Below, in pieces: positions 20,633 through 31,353 of a DNA stretch of 64,000 nt. Each line of letters starts with the position of its first letter. Within the stretch, counting starts at the first letter, position 1. Position numbers and translations under genes: made by a program. The DNA comes from Hyphomicrobiales bacterium (GTDB lineage Bacteria > Pseudomonadota > Alphaproteobacteria > Rhizobiales > JANPGK01), in assembly GCA_031423895.1 (NCBI GenBank), contig JANPGK010000005.1, positions 58,683-122,682 of the forward strand, in the 5' to 3' direction. Under the pieces are notes generated by a model. That model saw only the letters and a program-made list of their open reading frames with translations. It made no database searches and was not told the origin of the DNA.

Positions 20633-22815
20633 TATTTCGCCTCATAAATATTCAATCGCAGCGCGTTCAGCACCACTATAATTGACGAGCTCGACATAGC
20701 AATAGCGGCAATAATTGGCGTGACATACCCCGCCATTGCCAATGGGATTGCCACAATATTATACAGCATGGCCAATGCAAAATTCTGTTTCACCAACACT
20801 TGAGAAAATTTAGCGATACGCCATGTGGTATACACTGGCGCGAATTTATCGCCTTGAAACACAATATCGGCTGCATTTTGCGCAATATCGGCCGCGCTGG
20901 CGGGCGACATTGAAACCTGCGCCGCCGCCAGCGATGGCGCATCATTGAGGCCATCCCCCACCATCAACACATGGGCGCCATTGTGTGCAAGCGTTTGCAA
21001 ATATTGTGACTTTTCAACTGGAGAAACATGCGCCAACGCATTTGTAATGCCAACCGCTTGCGCCGCAACATTCACAGCCTTGGGTCGATCTCCCGAAAGC
21101 ATGGTGAGCGTGAGCCCTGATGATTGTAATTTTTGCACCACCTGCGCCGCATCCTCGCGCAAAGCATCGGTAAATGCAAAACGCAATGGTGCGGTATCCC
21201 CATCATAAAGCCATAGCTCCAAAGCGTGGTCGTTTACATGCACCACATCGGCTGCGCCACTCCACCCGGCCTTGCCAAGACGAATTGTGTGGCCATTATA
21301 CCCAGCTTGCAGCCCCTGCCCTGCAATTTCTTGCACATGTTCAACTGGTAATAGCGCACCTGAATATGCGCGGCACACTGCACGCGAAAGCGGATGTTTA
21401 GAATGTACGGCCACTGAGGCCGCCAATTGCAATTGCGATTGCGAATACTGCGCGGCATCCACCAGTTCAGGATGGCCTAATGTAAGCGTGCCCGTTTTAT
21501 CCAGCACCACATGGGTAATGGTGGCCAAGCGCTCGAGCGCGCTGCCCGATTTGATGAGCACGCCCATACGCATTAATTTACCTGTGGCCAGCACTTGCAC
21601 CACGGGCACTGCAAGCCCCAATGCACATGGGCAGGTGATAATCAGCACAGTAGCGGCATACAGCAGCGCCACTTGCCATGGCGCGCCGCCAAACCACAAC
21701 CACCCCAAAAATGTGATGGCCGCGAGTGCGTGTACGGCGGGCGTGTACCAGCTTGAGATTTGATCAGCGATTGTCACATATTTGGCTTGGGATTGCTCCG
21801 CAGTTTCCATCAACCGAATGATTTCGGCCAAAAGGGATTGATCCGCATTTTGGGTCACCCGCATTGTGAGCGGCGCCGCAATATTGAGTGTGCCTGCAAA
21901 TAATTTACTGCCCACTATCGCAGTTTGTGGCAATGTTTCACCTGTAATAAGGCTCGTATCAATTTCTGATACGCCTGTGATCACCTCTCCATCAGCCCCA
22001 ATTTTTTCGCCCGCCGCCACAACTAATATCATGCCTGTTTCAATATTGCCCAACGCCACGCGCTCGTGTCGGCCATCACTATGTAGCACCGTGGCAAAGC
22101 CTTGCATCATATGCAGCAAATCTTTAGCGGCGCTGCGGGCTTGACCCCGTGCACGCGCATCTAAATAGCGGCCAATGAGCAGGAAAAATAGAAGCATAAC
22201 GCCTGAGTCAAAATATGCGTGTTCTCCGTGATTATAGGTTTCAAACAAACTCATGGCTGTGGCCAAAACCACCGCAACTGAAATGGGCACATCCATATTG
22301 GTGCGATATTCTTTCAGCGCCGCCCATGCAGATTTGTAAAACGGCAAGCCGCAATAAATAATTGCTGGCATTGCGATAAACGCCTGCACCCATTGGAACA
22401 TGCTGCGGGTGGCCGCTGTCATTTCCACAGAATCGGATGTCCACAATGGAATGGAAAACAACATAAGGTTGCCACTGGCAAACCCCGCCACCGCCAAGCA
22501 TTTGAGCAAGAATTTTTCCTCGCGCGTATCCGCTGCCTCACTCACTGCGGGGTCGTATGGCATGGTGCGAAACCCAAGCCCTTGCACTAAGCTCACCCAT
22601 GTATCCGCCAAATTGGCACCGCCACGCCAAATGATCTTCAACCGCCGTGTAGAGAAATTCACCCGTGCACTCACAATATCGGCCTGCTCTTTGAGTGTGC
22701 GCTCAATATTGGCGATGCACCCCGCACAGCGAATGCCATCGACCAGCACGCACATGCTATGTGTGCCGTCTGGCTCGTTGATGATAAATGGTGCGGTGGA
22801 TATGGAGTGTGTCAT
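20632..22815 (-). CDS. ccoI: Copper-translocating P1B-type ATPase CcoI/FixI
   Basis: CAGC metal-binding domain, TGET, CPCALG, DKTGTLT, GDGLNDAP. Confidence 0.95.
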   Translation of the reverse strand: MTHSISTAPFIINEPDGTHSMCVLVDGIRCAGCIANIERTLKEQADIVSARVNFSTRRLKIIWRGGANLADTWVSLVQGLGFRTMPYDPAVSEAADTREEKFLLKCLAVAGFASGNLMLFSIPLWTSDSVEMTAATRSMFQWVQAFIAMPAIIYCGLPFYKSAWAALKEYRTNMDVPISVAVVLATAMSLFETYNHGEHAYFDSGVMLLFFLLIGRYLDARARGQARSAAKDLLHMMQGFATVLHSDGRHERVALGNIETGMILVVAAGEKIGADGEVITGVSEIDTSLITGETLPQTAIVGSKLFAGTLNIAAPLTMRVTQNADQSLLAEIIRLMETAEQSQAKYVTIADQISSWYTPAVHALAAITFLGWLWFGGAPWQVALLYAATVLIITCPCALGLAVPVVQVLATGKLMRMGVLIKSGSALERLATITHVVLDKTGTLTLGHPELVDAAQYSQSQLQLAASVAVHSKHPLSRAVCRAYSGALLPVEHVQEIAGQGLQAGYNGHTIRLGKAGWSGAADVVHVNDHALELWLYDGDTAPLRFAFTDALREDAAQVVQKLQSSGLTLTMLSGDRPKAVNVAAQAVGITNALAHVSPVEKSQYLQTLAHNGAHVLMVGDGLNDAPSLAAAQVSMSPASAADIAQNAADIVFQGDKFAPVYTTWRIAKFSQVLVKQNFALAMLYNIVAIPLAMAGYVTPIIAAIAMSSSSIIVVLNALRLNIYEAK

Positions 22816-23312
22816 TCGATCACAACCCGTTTGGCAATTTGGTAGGTATCATCATTTGAACGTGCATAGGCGCGCACTTCCCATACTCCTGCCAAGGGGA
22901 AAATAACATTGGCACTATAGCCCTCGCCCACAGACGCTGGCAAAAGTGTGGCATCAAAACTACCGCGCGCATCGACAGGGCGGCTCAATTTCACGATAAC
23001 ATTGGTCATTGGCACTTGCGCACCAGCGGCGTCTTTCACAACAAGGTGTACCTGCCACTCTAGCTTGCCATTGGGCAAGGGCGTTGTAGTGAGCATCCCC
23101 TTCCAGCCCAATTGCTGCTGCTGATCATAAGCTGCAACAGTTTTATTATAGGCCAACCCTTCTTCATAAGGGTGCTGCGTCACAATTCCCGTGTGGGTAC
23201 GCACCGCAAGTGTTGTGAGTGTGGCCAACACCGCTGTTATAAGGCCAAAAAACGCGAGAAAATATAGGAATACGCGGCGGCCTGTGAGTGGTTTTATAGG
23301 AGGCTGTGTCAT
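22812..23312 (-). CDS. ccoH: FixH/CcoH family protein
   Basis: N-terminal TM (LTGRRVFLYFLAFFG), YEEGLAYN, GWKG; position between ccoG and ccoI. Confidence 0.88.
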   Translation of the reverse strand: MTQPPIKPLTGRRVFLYFLAFFGLITAVLATLTTLAVRTHTGIVTQHPYEEGLAYNKTVAAYDQQQQLGWKGMLTTTPLPNGKLEWQVHLVVKDAAGAQVPMTNVIVKLSRPVDARGSFDATLLPASVGEGYSANVIFPLAGVWEVRAYARSNDDTYQIAKRVVIE

Positions 23313-24715
23313 TTGTTACCGCTTACAAATAATGTTTTTTTGGTATCTTGCTCACCCGTTTCAACATCTGTGAGTGTGAACACAACATCCTTCCGCGCAA
23401 TGGCTTGGGATGGTGCAGTAACAAACACACGAAAATGCCCCACACTATCGGCTAAAACTGGCAAATGATCTGCGGCTTCTTCATGATAGGATTGCACCCG
23501 AATCTGCGCAGTTTCAAGCCCTGCAACATGCAAATGATAATGCTTATCGTGGTGCGCTTTGTTCAAAATGGTGATAGAATATCCATTGCGCAACTCTCCA
23601 TCCGACAGCTTCACAAACAGCGGATTACGGTCGTGGGTGACATTTAAGTCGAGCTGGGCGCGGGTCAAAAGTGTATAGAGCATAAGCCCCCCCACCGCCG
23701 ACATTACGGTGATATACCAAAATGTGCGCATGCGCCAAAAATGCAATTTGGGTGGTGTGCCTGTTTGTCGCGAGATTTCAGTTTGGTAGCCCACCAATCC
23801 ACGCGGCAGACCAATTTTATCCATCACATTATTGCAGGCATCTACGCATAGGCCGCAGGCGATACACTCCATTTGCAACCCCTCGCGGATGTCGATCCCC
23901 ATTGGGCACACCACAACGCACGAGTCACAATCAACACAATGGCCTTTATTGAGCCAGCTTTCGCCCGCCTTATGCTTGCCGCGCGGTTCACCACGCTTTT
24001 CATCATAGGAAATCACAAGCGTTTCTTTATCAAACATCGCCGATTGAAAGCGTGCATAGGGACACATATAGGTGCACACTTGCTCGCGCGCAAAGCCTGC
24101 CATGAGATAGGTGGAGAAGGTCAGCCCCAAAATCCAGCTCATTACAGACCACGGCACATCCATATGCAGGATTTGATCCATCAATGTGGGGGCGTCGTTA
24201 AAATAAAACACCCACGCACCGCCCGTGAATAAGCCGATCACCAACCATGCGGCATGTGTAACACCTTTTTTATAAATTTTATTGAGGCTTAGCGGCGATT
24301 CATCAAGCTTTTTACGCGCATTTCTGTCCCCCTGCACAATGCGCTCTACCCACACAAACAGGTCGGTCCACACAGTTTGTGGGCAGGCATAGCCGCACCA
24401 CACACGCCCCAGCAGCGAAGTGACAAAAAACAGCCCCACCGCCGCCAGCACCAATATGCCTGTAATATAATAGACCTCTTGCGGCCAAATTTCGATCGCA
24501 AAAAAATACGCCCGGGTATGCTCTAGGTCAATTAAAATGGCTTGGCTGGGCGCGTGCGGGCCACGATCCCACCGAATCCAAGGCGCAAGGTAATAAATCG
24601 CCAATAACACGATCATTGAAACCCACTTCAGCTTGCGATAGCGCCCCCACACACGGCGTGGGTAAATTTTCTTTTGCTTTGCAAACAGTTGAATTTCAGG
24701 GGTTTGGTCGGTCAT
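23309..24715 (-). CDS. ccoG: cbb3 oxidase accessory Fe-S protein CcoG/FixG
   Basis: GRVWCGYACPQT, CTYMCPYARFQ, CVDCDSCVVVCP, CIACGLCVDAC. Confidence 0.95.
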   Translation of the reverse strand: MTDQTPEIQLFAKQKKIYPRRVWGRYRKLKWVSMIVLLAIYYLAPWIRWDRGPHAPSQAILIDLEHTRAYFFAIEIWPQEVYYITGILVLAAVGLFFVTSLLGRVWCGYACPQTVWTDLFVWVERIVQGDRNARKKLDESPLSLNKIYKKGVTHAAWLVIGLFTGGAWVFYFNDAPTLMDQILHMDVPWSVMSWILGLTFSTYLMAGFAREQVCTYMCPYARFQSAMFDKETLVISYDEKRGEPRGKHKAGESWLNKGHCVDCDSCVVVCPMGIDIREGLQMECIACGLCVDACNNVMDKIGLPRGLVGYQTEISRQTGTPPKLHFWRMRTFWYITVMSAVGGLMLYTLLTRAQLDLNVTHDRNPLFVKLSDGELRNGYSITILNKAHHDKHYHLHVAGLETAQIRVQSYHEEAADHLPVLADSVGHFRVFVTAPSQAIARKDVVFTLTDVETGEQDTKKTLFVSGNK

Positions 24716-24732
24716 GATGTATCTTTCAAACA

Positions 24733-24815
24733 CGTCATCCTGAGCGAAGTCGAAGGATCTCCCGCCGATTGAGCGCTATTTGTAGGAGATCCTTCGGCTG
24801 TGCCTCAGGATGACA
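24733..24815. repeat. CGTC-tagged palindromic element, family C, between ccoP and ccoG
   Basis: TIRs CGTCATCCTGAG/CTCAGGATGACA; internal GAAGGATCTCC...GGAGATCCTTC. Confidence 0.85.
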
Positions 24816-24860
24816 CTTTATAATATGACTACCACAAAGGCGGCCATGACGTCGTGATAC

Positions 24861-25736
24861 TCACTTCTTCTTTTCACCACCGCCGAGTGAGTGGATATAC
24901 ACAGCCAGCTGCTTAATGGTTGCATCGGGCATACGGGCTTCCCATGCAGGCATCACACCATGACGTGGCGCATGGATTTGCTGCATGATGCTGTTTTTAT
25001 CCGCGCCATAAAGTGCAATTGAATCGGCTAAATTGGGCGCACCCACTTCACGATTGCCTTTACCATCTGCCCCGTGACACGAGGCACAGTTTTCTGCGAA
25101 GAGTTTTTCACCTACAGGTGTTGCACCTTTGCCAGTTGAAAGGCTCAGCACATAATCCGCTACTGACGCAATTTCTTCCCGCTTCAGTACGCCATCCTTA
25201 CCAAAGGCAGGCATCATCGAGGCACGCTCATTGGCATTACCAGAACGAATACCCACTTTGAGCGTTTGATAAATACTATCAACATCACCACCCCAAAGCC
25301 AATCATCATCGTTTAAATTGGGGTAGCCTTTACCGCCCTGTGCCCCTGTGCCGTGGCACGCCGCGCAATTTTCTTTAAATAGCGTTTTTCCACCTGCCAC
25401 TGCGAAGGCTTGCAGGGCTGGGTCGGCTTGAATCTCTTGCAGGCTGGCTTTGGCCACTTTGTCGGCAAACACACCACGGCGCGCAAGAATCTCCGATTGT
25501 TCCTCGGCAAGCTTTGTGTATTGTGTCCACCCTGCAGTGCCTTTGGTGTGGCCAGAGAGGGTTGGCCACGCGGGATATACAACCCAATAGCCAATCGACC
25601 AAATACAACAGACATAAAACACCCACAACCACCAACGTGGTGCTGGATTATTGAGTTCTTTAATGCCGTCCCAATCATGGCCTGTGGTTTCAACACCAGA
25701 GTGTTGATCAATTTCTTTTTTATGGTCATCAACCAT
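24861..25736 (-). CDS. ccoP: cbb3 oxidase subunit III
   Basis: TTGHDWDGIKELNNPAPRWW and two CxxCH motifs (CAACH, CASCH). Confidence 0.96.
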   Translation of the reverse strand: MVDDHKKEIDQHSGVETTGHDWDGIKELNNPAPRWWLWVFYVCCIWSIGYWVVYPAWPTLSGHTKGTAGWTQYTKLAEEQSEILARRGVFADKVAKASLQEIQADPALQAFAVAGGKTLFKENCAACHGTGAQGGKGYPNLNDDDWLWGGDVDSIYQTLKVGIRSGNANERASMMPAFGKDGVLKREEIASVADYVLSLSTGKGATPVGEKLFAENCASCHGADGKGNREVGAPNLADSIALYGADKNSIMQQIHAPRHGVMPAWEARMPDATIKQLAVYIHSLGGGEKKK

Positions 25737-25884
25737 GATCATCCTCCTTCAGTGGAATTTTACCATAGGCTTCAATTTTTTGTTTATTGGATGGTTTAAG
25801 TGCCCAAATTGCGATGCCCAAAAATGTGATGAAGAAAAACACCAATCCAATTGTTGGGGCAATTTTTATGAATGAATCACTCAT
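25729..25884 (-). CDS. ccoQ: cbb3 oxidase subunit IV (51 aa, not in ORF track)
   Basis: Hand translation: [51 protein letters not shown]; overlaps ccoO stop and ccoP start. Confidence 0.9.
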   Translation of the reverse strand: MSDSFIKIAPTIGLVFFFITFLGIAIWALKPSNKQKIEAYGKIPLKEDDHG

Positions 25885-26621
25885 TTTTTGCCTCCAACTT
25901 GCATGTCTTGGGGTTTGTAATCCTTGATGTCGGCCAATGTGCCCAAGGTTTGAAGATAGGCCACAAGCGCATCCATTTCAGACACTTTGCGCGGTTGCCC
26001 ATCAAAGTCGCGTTGCTGCACTTTTTTGCCATAGCGCGCGTTCAGCCCTTTTGCGTCTGCATCTGGGTTGGCTTGCGCGCGCGCATCCGCCACTGCATTT
26101 GCAATCATGTCATCGGTATATGGCACACCCACCATGCGAAGGGTTTTCAAATGCGCGGCCAGATCCGCAATTTTGGCCTCGCGGTCGAACATAAACACAT
26201 AGCCTGGCATGATAGATTCTGGCACCACATCGCGGGGATTTTTCAAATGGGCAATGTGCCATTCATCAGAATATTTGCCGCCAACACGTGCCAAATCTGG
26301 CCCTGTCCGTTTAGACCCCCACAAGAATGGGTGGTCATACATGCTTTCTGCCGCCAATGAATAATGGCCATAGCGCTCCACCTCATCGCGCAAGGGGCGA
26401 ATTTGCTGGCTGTGGCATGAATTGCAATTTTCACGGATGTAAATATTCTGCCCTGCCAATTCCAACGGTGTGTAAGGCCGCATGCCACTGACTTTTTCAA
26501 TGGTGGTTTCAATTCGGAACAGGGGTACAATTTCAACGAGTCCGCCGATCGATATTGCAATCACGATGCCAATGAGCATCCAGATTGAGTTTTTCTCAAG
26601 TTTAGAATGATGCTTAAGCAT
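25881..26621 (-). CDS. ccoO: cbb3 oxidase subunit II
   Basis: [41 protein letters not shown]. Confidence 0.96.
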   Translation of the reverse strand: MLKHHSKLEKNSIWMLIGIVIAISIGGLVEIVPLFRIETTIEKVSGMRPYTPLELAGQNIYIRENCNSCHSQQIRPLRDEVERYGHYSLAAESMYDHPFLWGSKRTGPDLARVGGKYSDEWHIAHLKNPRDVVPESIMPGYVFMFDREAKIADLAAHLKTLRMVGVPYTDDMIANAVADARAQANPDADAKGLNARYGKKVQQRDFDGQPRKVSEMDALVAYLQTLGTLADIKDYKPQDMQVGGKK

Positions 26622-28050
26622 GAACTGCTCCTTTTTCACACGCGCAATTTGCACAGTCTTGGCTGCAGCCTGTGATGGTTTTATAACAATTATAGATCAT
26701 GATGAGCATACCGATCAGGTATAAACCACCGCCCAATGCGCGGATGATATACATGGGGTGCATGGCCTCCACCGACTCCACAAAGGAATATTCCAAGAAG
26801 CCCATCGCATCATAGGCGCGCCACATGAGGCCTTGCATAATACCCGCCACCCACATGGATGTGATATAGAGCACGATGCCAATAGTGGAGACCCACAAAT
26901 GCACGTTCACCAATCGCATGGAGAAAATTTCTTTTTTCTTCCACAGCACAGGTACAAGGTGATAAATCGCACCAAAGCTGATGAAGGCCACCCAGCCCAA
27001 GGCACCTGAATGCACGTGGCCAATTGTCCAGTCGGTATAGTGTGACAGGGAGTTCACGGCCTTGATCGACATCAACGGCCCTTCAAAGGTGCTCATGCCA
27101 TAAAACGCCAGTGCCACAATCATAAAGCGCAACACGGCATCCTCACGCAATTTATCCCAGGCGCCTGAAAGCGTCATAATCCCGTTGATCATTCCGCCCC
27201 AACTTGGCATCCACAGCATGATGGAAAATGTCATGCCGAGCGTTTGTGCCCAATCTGGCAGTGATGTGTAGTGCAGATGGTGAGGCCCAGCCCATATGTA
27301 AATGAATATAAGCGACCAGAAGTGCAAAATTGACAACCGATAGGAATAGACAGGTCGATTGGCACGTTTTGGGATGAAGTAGTACATAATCCCCAAAAAG
27401 CCAGCTGTGAGGAAGAAGCCCACCGCGTTATGGCCATACCACCATTGAATGAGCGCGGATTGCACACCGCCCCACACTGGGTAGCTTTTCACACCAAACC
27501 AAGACACAGGAATGTTAGCGCCATTGACCAAATGTAACACCGCAACAGTCACGATAAAGGCGAGATAGAACCAATTGGCCACATAGATGTGCGGCTCCTT
27601 ACGGCGCGCCAATGTCATCACAAATACCAGCAAATACGCAACCCACACCAGCGTGAGCCATAAATCGACAAACCATTCAGGCTCGGCATATTCTTTGCCT
27701 TGTGTCACACCCAGCACATAGCCCAGCGCCGCCATAACGATAAATGCCTGATAGCCCCAAAATGTAAATTTGGCCAAAGCCGTGCCCCATAATTTTGCGC
27801 GGCAGGTGCGCTGCACCACAAAATAGCTGGTGGCAAACAACACGTTGCCACCGAACGCAAAAATCACACCTGAAGTGTGCACAGGGCGCAAACGACCAAA
27901 TGAGAGATATTCCCCCAAATTCAGCTGAGGCCATGCCAATTGCAGCGCAATGACCAGCCCAACGAGCATTCCCACTGCACCCCAAAAAATGGAGGCAAGT
28001 GTAAAACACTTGACGATATCGTCATTATACAAAGTCGGTTCGTTTTTCAT
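26614..28050 (-). CDS. ccoN: cbb3 oxidase subunit I
   Basis: [42 protein letters not shown]. Confidence 0.97.
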   Translation of the reverse strand: MKNEPTLYNDDIVKCFTLASIFWGAVGMLVGLVIALQLAWPQLNLGEYLSFGRLRPVHTSGVIFAFGGNVLFATSYFVVQRTCRAKLWGTALAKFTFWGYQAFIVMAALGYVLGVTQGKEYAEPEWFVDLWLTLVWVAYLLVFVMTLARRKEPHIYVANWFYLAFIVTVAVLHLVNGANIPVSWFGVKSYPVWGGVQSALIQWWYGHNAVGFFLTAGFLGIMYYFIPKRANRPVYSYRLSILHFWSLIFIYIWAGPHHLHYTSLPDWAQTLGMTFSIMLWMPSWGGMINGIMTLSGAWDKLREDAVLRFMIVALAFYGMSTFEGPLMSIKAVNSLSHYTDWTIGHVHSGALGWVAFISFGAIYHLVPVLWKKKEIFSMRLVNVHLWVSTIGIVLYITSMWVAGIMQGLMWRAYDAMGFLEYSFVESVEAMHPMYIIRALGGGLYLIGMLIMIYNCYKTITGCSQDCANCACEKGAVHA

Positions 28051-28051
28051 T

Positions 28052-28756
28052 TTACCTCACAGTTCGAGTGGCCATCACCAAAAGAGAAATGCCATTAAAT
28101 GCCATCATAGCGCGACCCAACAGGAATGCGGGGTTGCGCCATTTTTGGCCGATTAGGTGCGCACCAAGCCCCGCCATAAGCAGTGCGGGCATAGTACCCA
28201 TTGTAAACAAAATCATTGCGATTAAGCCATCCAAAGGTGTTGGCAAGGTTGCCGCCATCATCAATGCCGCATACAGCATGCCGCAGGGCATAAACCCCAA
28301 CAGCACCCCATGAGCAAAATTCAGCGGTGTTACGCGACCATTCCGCCCGAGGCTACCGTTTAAAAACATAATGCCTGCCATGCATAGCAGCGCGGCACTT
28401 ACCCAAGGCCAAAACACAAAGCCAGAGAGCTGCCGTGCTAGCAATGTTACAAGAAATCCAAAGGCGCCATATGTCACTAGACGCCCAAAATGATATGATA
28501 ATTGTGAATGCGCTGTGTTGAGCGGCAAGTGTGCCCCCGTTCCACCACTTGCATGTGCACACCCACAGCAACCAGCCGCACAACTATTTATTGCGCTTGC
28601 GGCCACGATTGGCCCACACATAAGCAAACAATGGGTAAAGCCAGCCGCCAGCCCCGCGAGAAAGAATACGGAGAATACCCCGCTGTTTTGGGCAAAGGCT
28701 GCTGTACAATAGGTTAGGAACGAATCCATGCGGCGAACTTTCTTAGTCAACACCAT
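28052..28756 (-). CDS. DsbD_2/sulfite-exporter-like (TauE/SafE) membrane protein of cco clusters
   Basis: [36 protein letters not shown]. Confidence 0.88.
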   Translation of the reverse strand: MVLTKKVRRMDSFLTYCTAAFAQNSGVFSVFFLAGLAAGFTHCLLMCGPIVAASAINSCAAGCCGCAHASGGTGAHLPLNTAHSQLSYHFGRLVTYGAFGFLVTLLARQLSGFVFWPWVSAALLCMAGIMFLNGSLGRNGRVTPLNFAHGVLLGFMPCGMLYAALMMAATLPTPLDGLIAMILFTMGTMPALLMAGLGAHLIGQKWRNPAFLLGRAMMAFNGISLLVMATRTVR

Positions 28757-28778
28757 ATAATGATGTACCTATATCGCC

Positions 28779-28792
28779 TTGATGTAAGTCAA
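28779..28792. promoter_or_regulatory. FNR/FixK box upstream of the cco operon
   Basis: TTGAT-GTAA-GTCAA, 23 bp upstream of the first operon ORF. Confidence 0.78.
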
Positions 28793-28860
28793 TTCCACAA
28801 ATATATGCCTTTAAACATTGCATATTCAGATCATTTATCCACAATTTGCGGGGATAAACA

Positions 28861-31344
28861 TTGCATTATAAAAAAACATTTGAACAAATTTTAAAAATCA
28901 TGCGGTATTGTATCGATACACCCTTTTTGAAAAGATTCGCTATGATCCCCAAACGCATTAAAAGTTTTACCAGTGATAACAACGGCGCGTTCGCTATCAT
29001 GTTGGCGGCCAGCATCCCAGTGATTTTTGGGATTGCAGGTTTGGCAATTGATTATAGCCGGCTTGCGGCTGTACGCACCCAAATGCAAGGTGCTGCGGAT
29101 GCCGCTGCGTTGGCAGCAAAAAATATTGAAAAGAAAAATGAACATTTAGGTTTAGATAAAGCGCGCGAATTGGGCAGCGATGCCGCACAAAAGTTTTTGA
29201 CAGCGAATATGGGTGATGATGCCCTATCAAGGGGCAATATTAAACTTGAAACTGTACAAAAAAATATACGGTGGATAGATGATGCAGATAAAGTAACAGC
29301 TGATGCCGTGAATGCAGAAGTGGAATTTGTTGCGGATGTGAGTTTATATTTTGGTGGGTTTTTAGGTCGCCCCACTACTACTGTACGTGTGAAATCTCTT
29401 GCTATTGAAGAAAAAATGAGCTTTGCCGAAATTGCTTTGGTGCTCGACAATACATCTTCAATGTTTCGCGCTGACGGTCGTGTCAACACACGTTTTACTG
29501 AAATGCGCAATGCGACCAAGCAATTTGTGAACGAGATCTATGATTTGGTGTTAAAAACACCTTCTGCGCCAGAAAATGTAATTCGTGTCTCAGTGGTTCC
29601 GTGGGTGACAACTGTAAACATTCTTGGCCAAAAGCCTGATGGATGGAATCCATCGTCAGCTGGGAATACAGGTGTGTTGCCAGATTATGGTTCTCGCAGT
29701 TTGCCCTCAAACCCCATTAACAGATATTCAGCGCTTCATGAAAGTACATCAACCTTAAGCACTATGTTTCGGCCTGTTTTCTGGCGCGGGTGTGTTTCTG
29801 GACAAACAGAAGTGGGCATTACAGATGACAGCCCTGTCACAAAATGGAACGCATTGAAGTCCACACCGTCAGACCTTGAATATGTGCAGCAACCGCCTGA
29901 GGTTGATAATGGTTCGTGTGATTGTAAAACTGAAGATGATAAAGCATGCCCAAGTGGCTTCACAACTAATTACGGCCCGCCGCCGCCGCCTGGGTGTATT
30001 TATCCACCAAATATTAATACGTGTACAGTGATAGGGCAGCCTGATAAAGATGTGCCGAACTGCACAATCAATTTAGAGTGCTCGTGGTCTTGCGATGCGC
30101 CGCCACCACCACCACCACCTGGCCCACCACCTCCGCCGCCCCCTGGTCCGCCGCCTCCACCGCCACCGGCACCGCCACCTCCTGGTAATGGCAATACGTA
30201 CTTGGCACCTCAAACTCCAGAAGCGCCATCTGCGACTGCGTTAGCAATACCTTTAGCAGTGAAATATGAACTGAATAACGCGCAAGTCAACAGCGCTGCT
30301 CCACATATTGATACTGTGGCATACACAGGCTCTGTCACCTCTCATATGGTGCCTTCAATCCGCAAATTTATGAATGTGCCTGCGATTTCAAAAATTGAGT
30401 ATCGTCCACTCGGAAAAGAGTCTTGTGAATCCACAGAGGACTGCTCTTGGATTTCTAGCTTTCAATGCACTGGAGATTTGCAGCGATATGATAAATGTAT
30501 TCAATCCCCGATTCCACATCCTGTTTCAGGGTTACCAATTAGCCATGGAAAATATTTCCAAGATTCAGTTCAATGTGCAACTGGTGCTTCCTGCGGTCTC
30601 AGTGTGTCCACACCATGTGTGGCTGATTACAACGAGATTGACTGGAACAATGCAGGTGGGGAGTGGTGCTCAAGTACCGGCGGTCCAGTTTACCCTTTAA
30701 CATCTTTAAACGGATGGCAGTATACTGGAAATGACATAACACCAGGCCCCGCAATTACTGGGCCAAATACCAGCTGCCCCATGCCTATGTTGGGCTTAAG
30801 TGGCAATAGAAAACAACTTTTAGAGACGATCGATAGAATGTCTCCCGCACCTGGGGGGACGCATGTCGATGTTGGTTTACGGTGGGGGCTTCGTACCTTA
30901 TCACCTCGCACTGAATGGAGCAGTTTCTTTGGCCTCAATACACCGGCTGCGCCTTGGGTAGACACGACTAACAATACGATTAAATATCTGATCTTAATCA
31001 CAGATGGTGAAAACCAAACGACGGATTATTGGAATGGATATTGGGGGTCAATCACGAGCCCAATTGGCGGCATTATCAAACCAAACGCTTCAGAAACCAA
31101 ATCAAATTTAGACAATGCGATGCTATCATGGTGTCAGTCTATTCGAGATAAGGGCATCACAATTATTACCGTGCCAATGAATTTCTCGAAAACAGCTGAA
31201 GGCACTGCTGCGAGCAATAAATTGCTTGAATGCAACGGAAATAAACCTGAAAATCACTTTGCAATTGATGCATCAAAATTAAGTACAGTGTATCAAGATA
31301 TTATAAATCGACTAAGTATACATAAGTTGCGTCTGAAAAGGTAA
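28861..31344 (+). CDS. TadG-like pilus-associated vWA protein with Cys/Pro-rich insertion
   Basis: Tad N-terminus (NNGAFAIMLAASIP...AIDYSR...ADAAALAA), MIDAS-like LVLDNTSSM, GGTHVDVGLRWG, LITDGEN. Start uncertain (28861, 28900 or 28942). Confidence 0.8.
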   Translation: MHYKKTFEQILKIMRYCIDTPFLKRFAMIPKRIKSFTSDNNGAFAIMLAASIPVIFGIAGLAIDYSRLAAVRTQMQGAADAAALAAKNIEKKNEHLGLDKARELGSDAAQKFLTANMGDDALSRGNIKLETVQKNIRWIDDADKVTADAVNAEVEFVADVSLYFGGFLGRPTTTVRVKSLAIEEKMSFAEIALVLDNTSSMFRADGRVNTRFTEMRNATKQFVNEIYDLVLKTPSAPENVIRVSVVPWVTTVNILGQKPDGWNPSSAGNTGVLPDYGSRSLPSNPINRYSALHESTSTLSTMFRPVFWRGCVSGQTEVGITDDSPVTKWNALKSTPSDLEYVQQPPEVDNGSCDCKTEDDKACPSGFTTNYGPPPPPGCIYPPNINTCTVIGQPDKDVPNCTINLECSWSCDAPPPPPPPGPPPPPPPGPPPPPPPAPPPPGNGNTYLAPQTPEAPSATALAIPLAVKYELNNAQVNSAAPHIDTVAYTGSVTSHMVPSIRKFMNVPAISKIEYRPLGKESCESTEDCSWISSFQCTGDLQRYDKCIQSPIPHPVSGLPISHGKYFQDSVQCATGASCGLSVSTPCVADYNEIDWNNAGGEWCSSTGGPVYPLTSLNGWQYTGNDITPGPAITGPNTSCPMPMLGLSGNRKQLLETIDRMSPAPGGTHVDVGLRWGLRTLSPRTEWSSFFGLNTPAAPWVDTTNNTIKYLILITDGENQTTDYWNGYWGSITSPIGGIIKPNASETKSNLDNAMLSWCQSIRDKGITIITVPMNFSKTAEGTAASNKLLECNGNKPENHFAIDASKLSTVYQDIINRLSIHKLRLKR
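30100..30183 (+). repeat. Intragenic poly-proline repeat P7-G-P7-G-P7-A-P4
   Basis: 28 codons using mixed CCN codons. Confidence 0.95.
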
Positions 31345-31353
31345 TTGAATACT

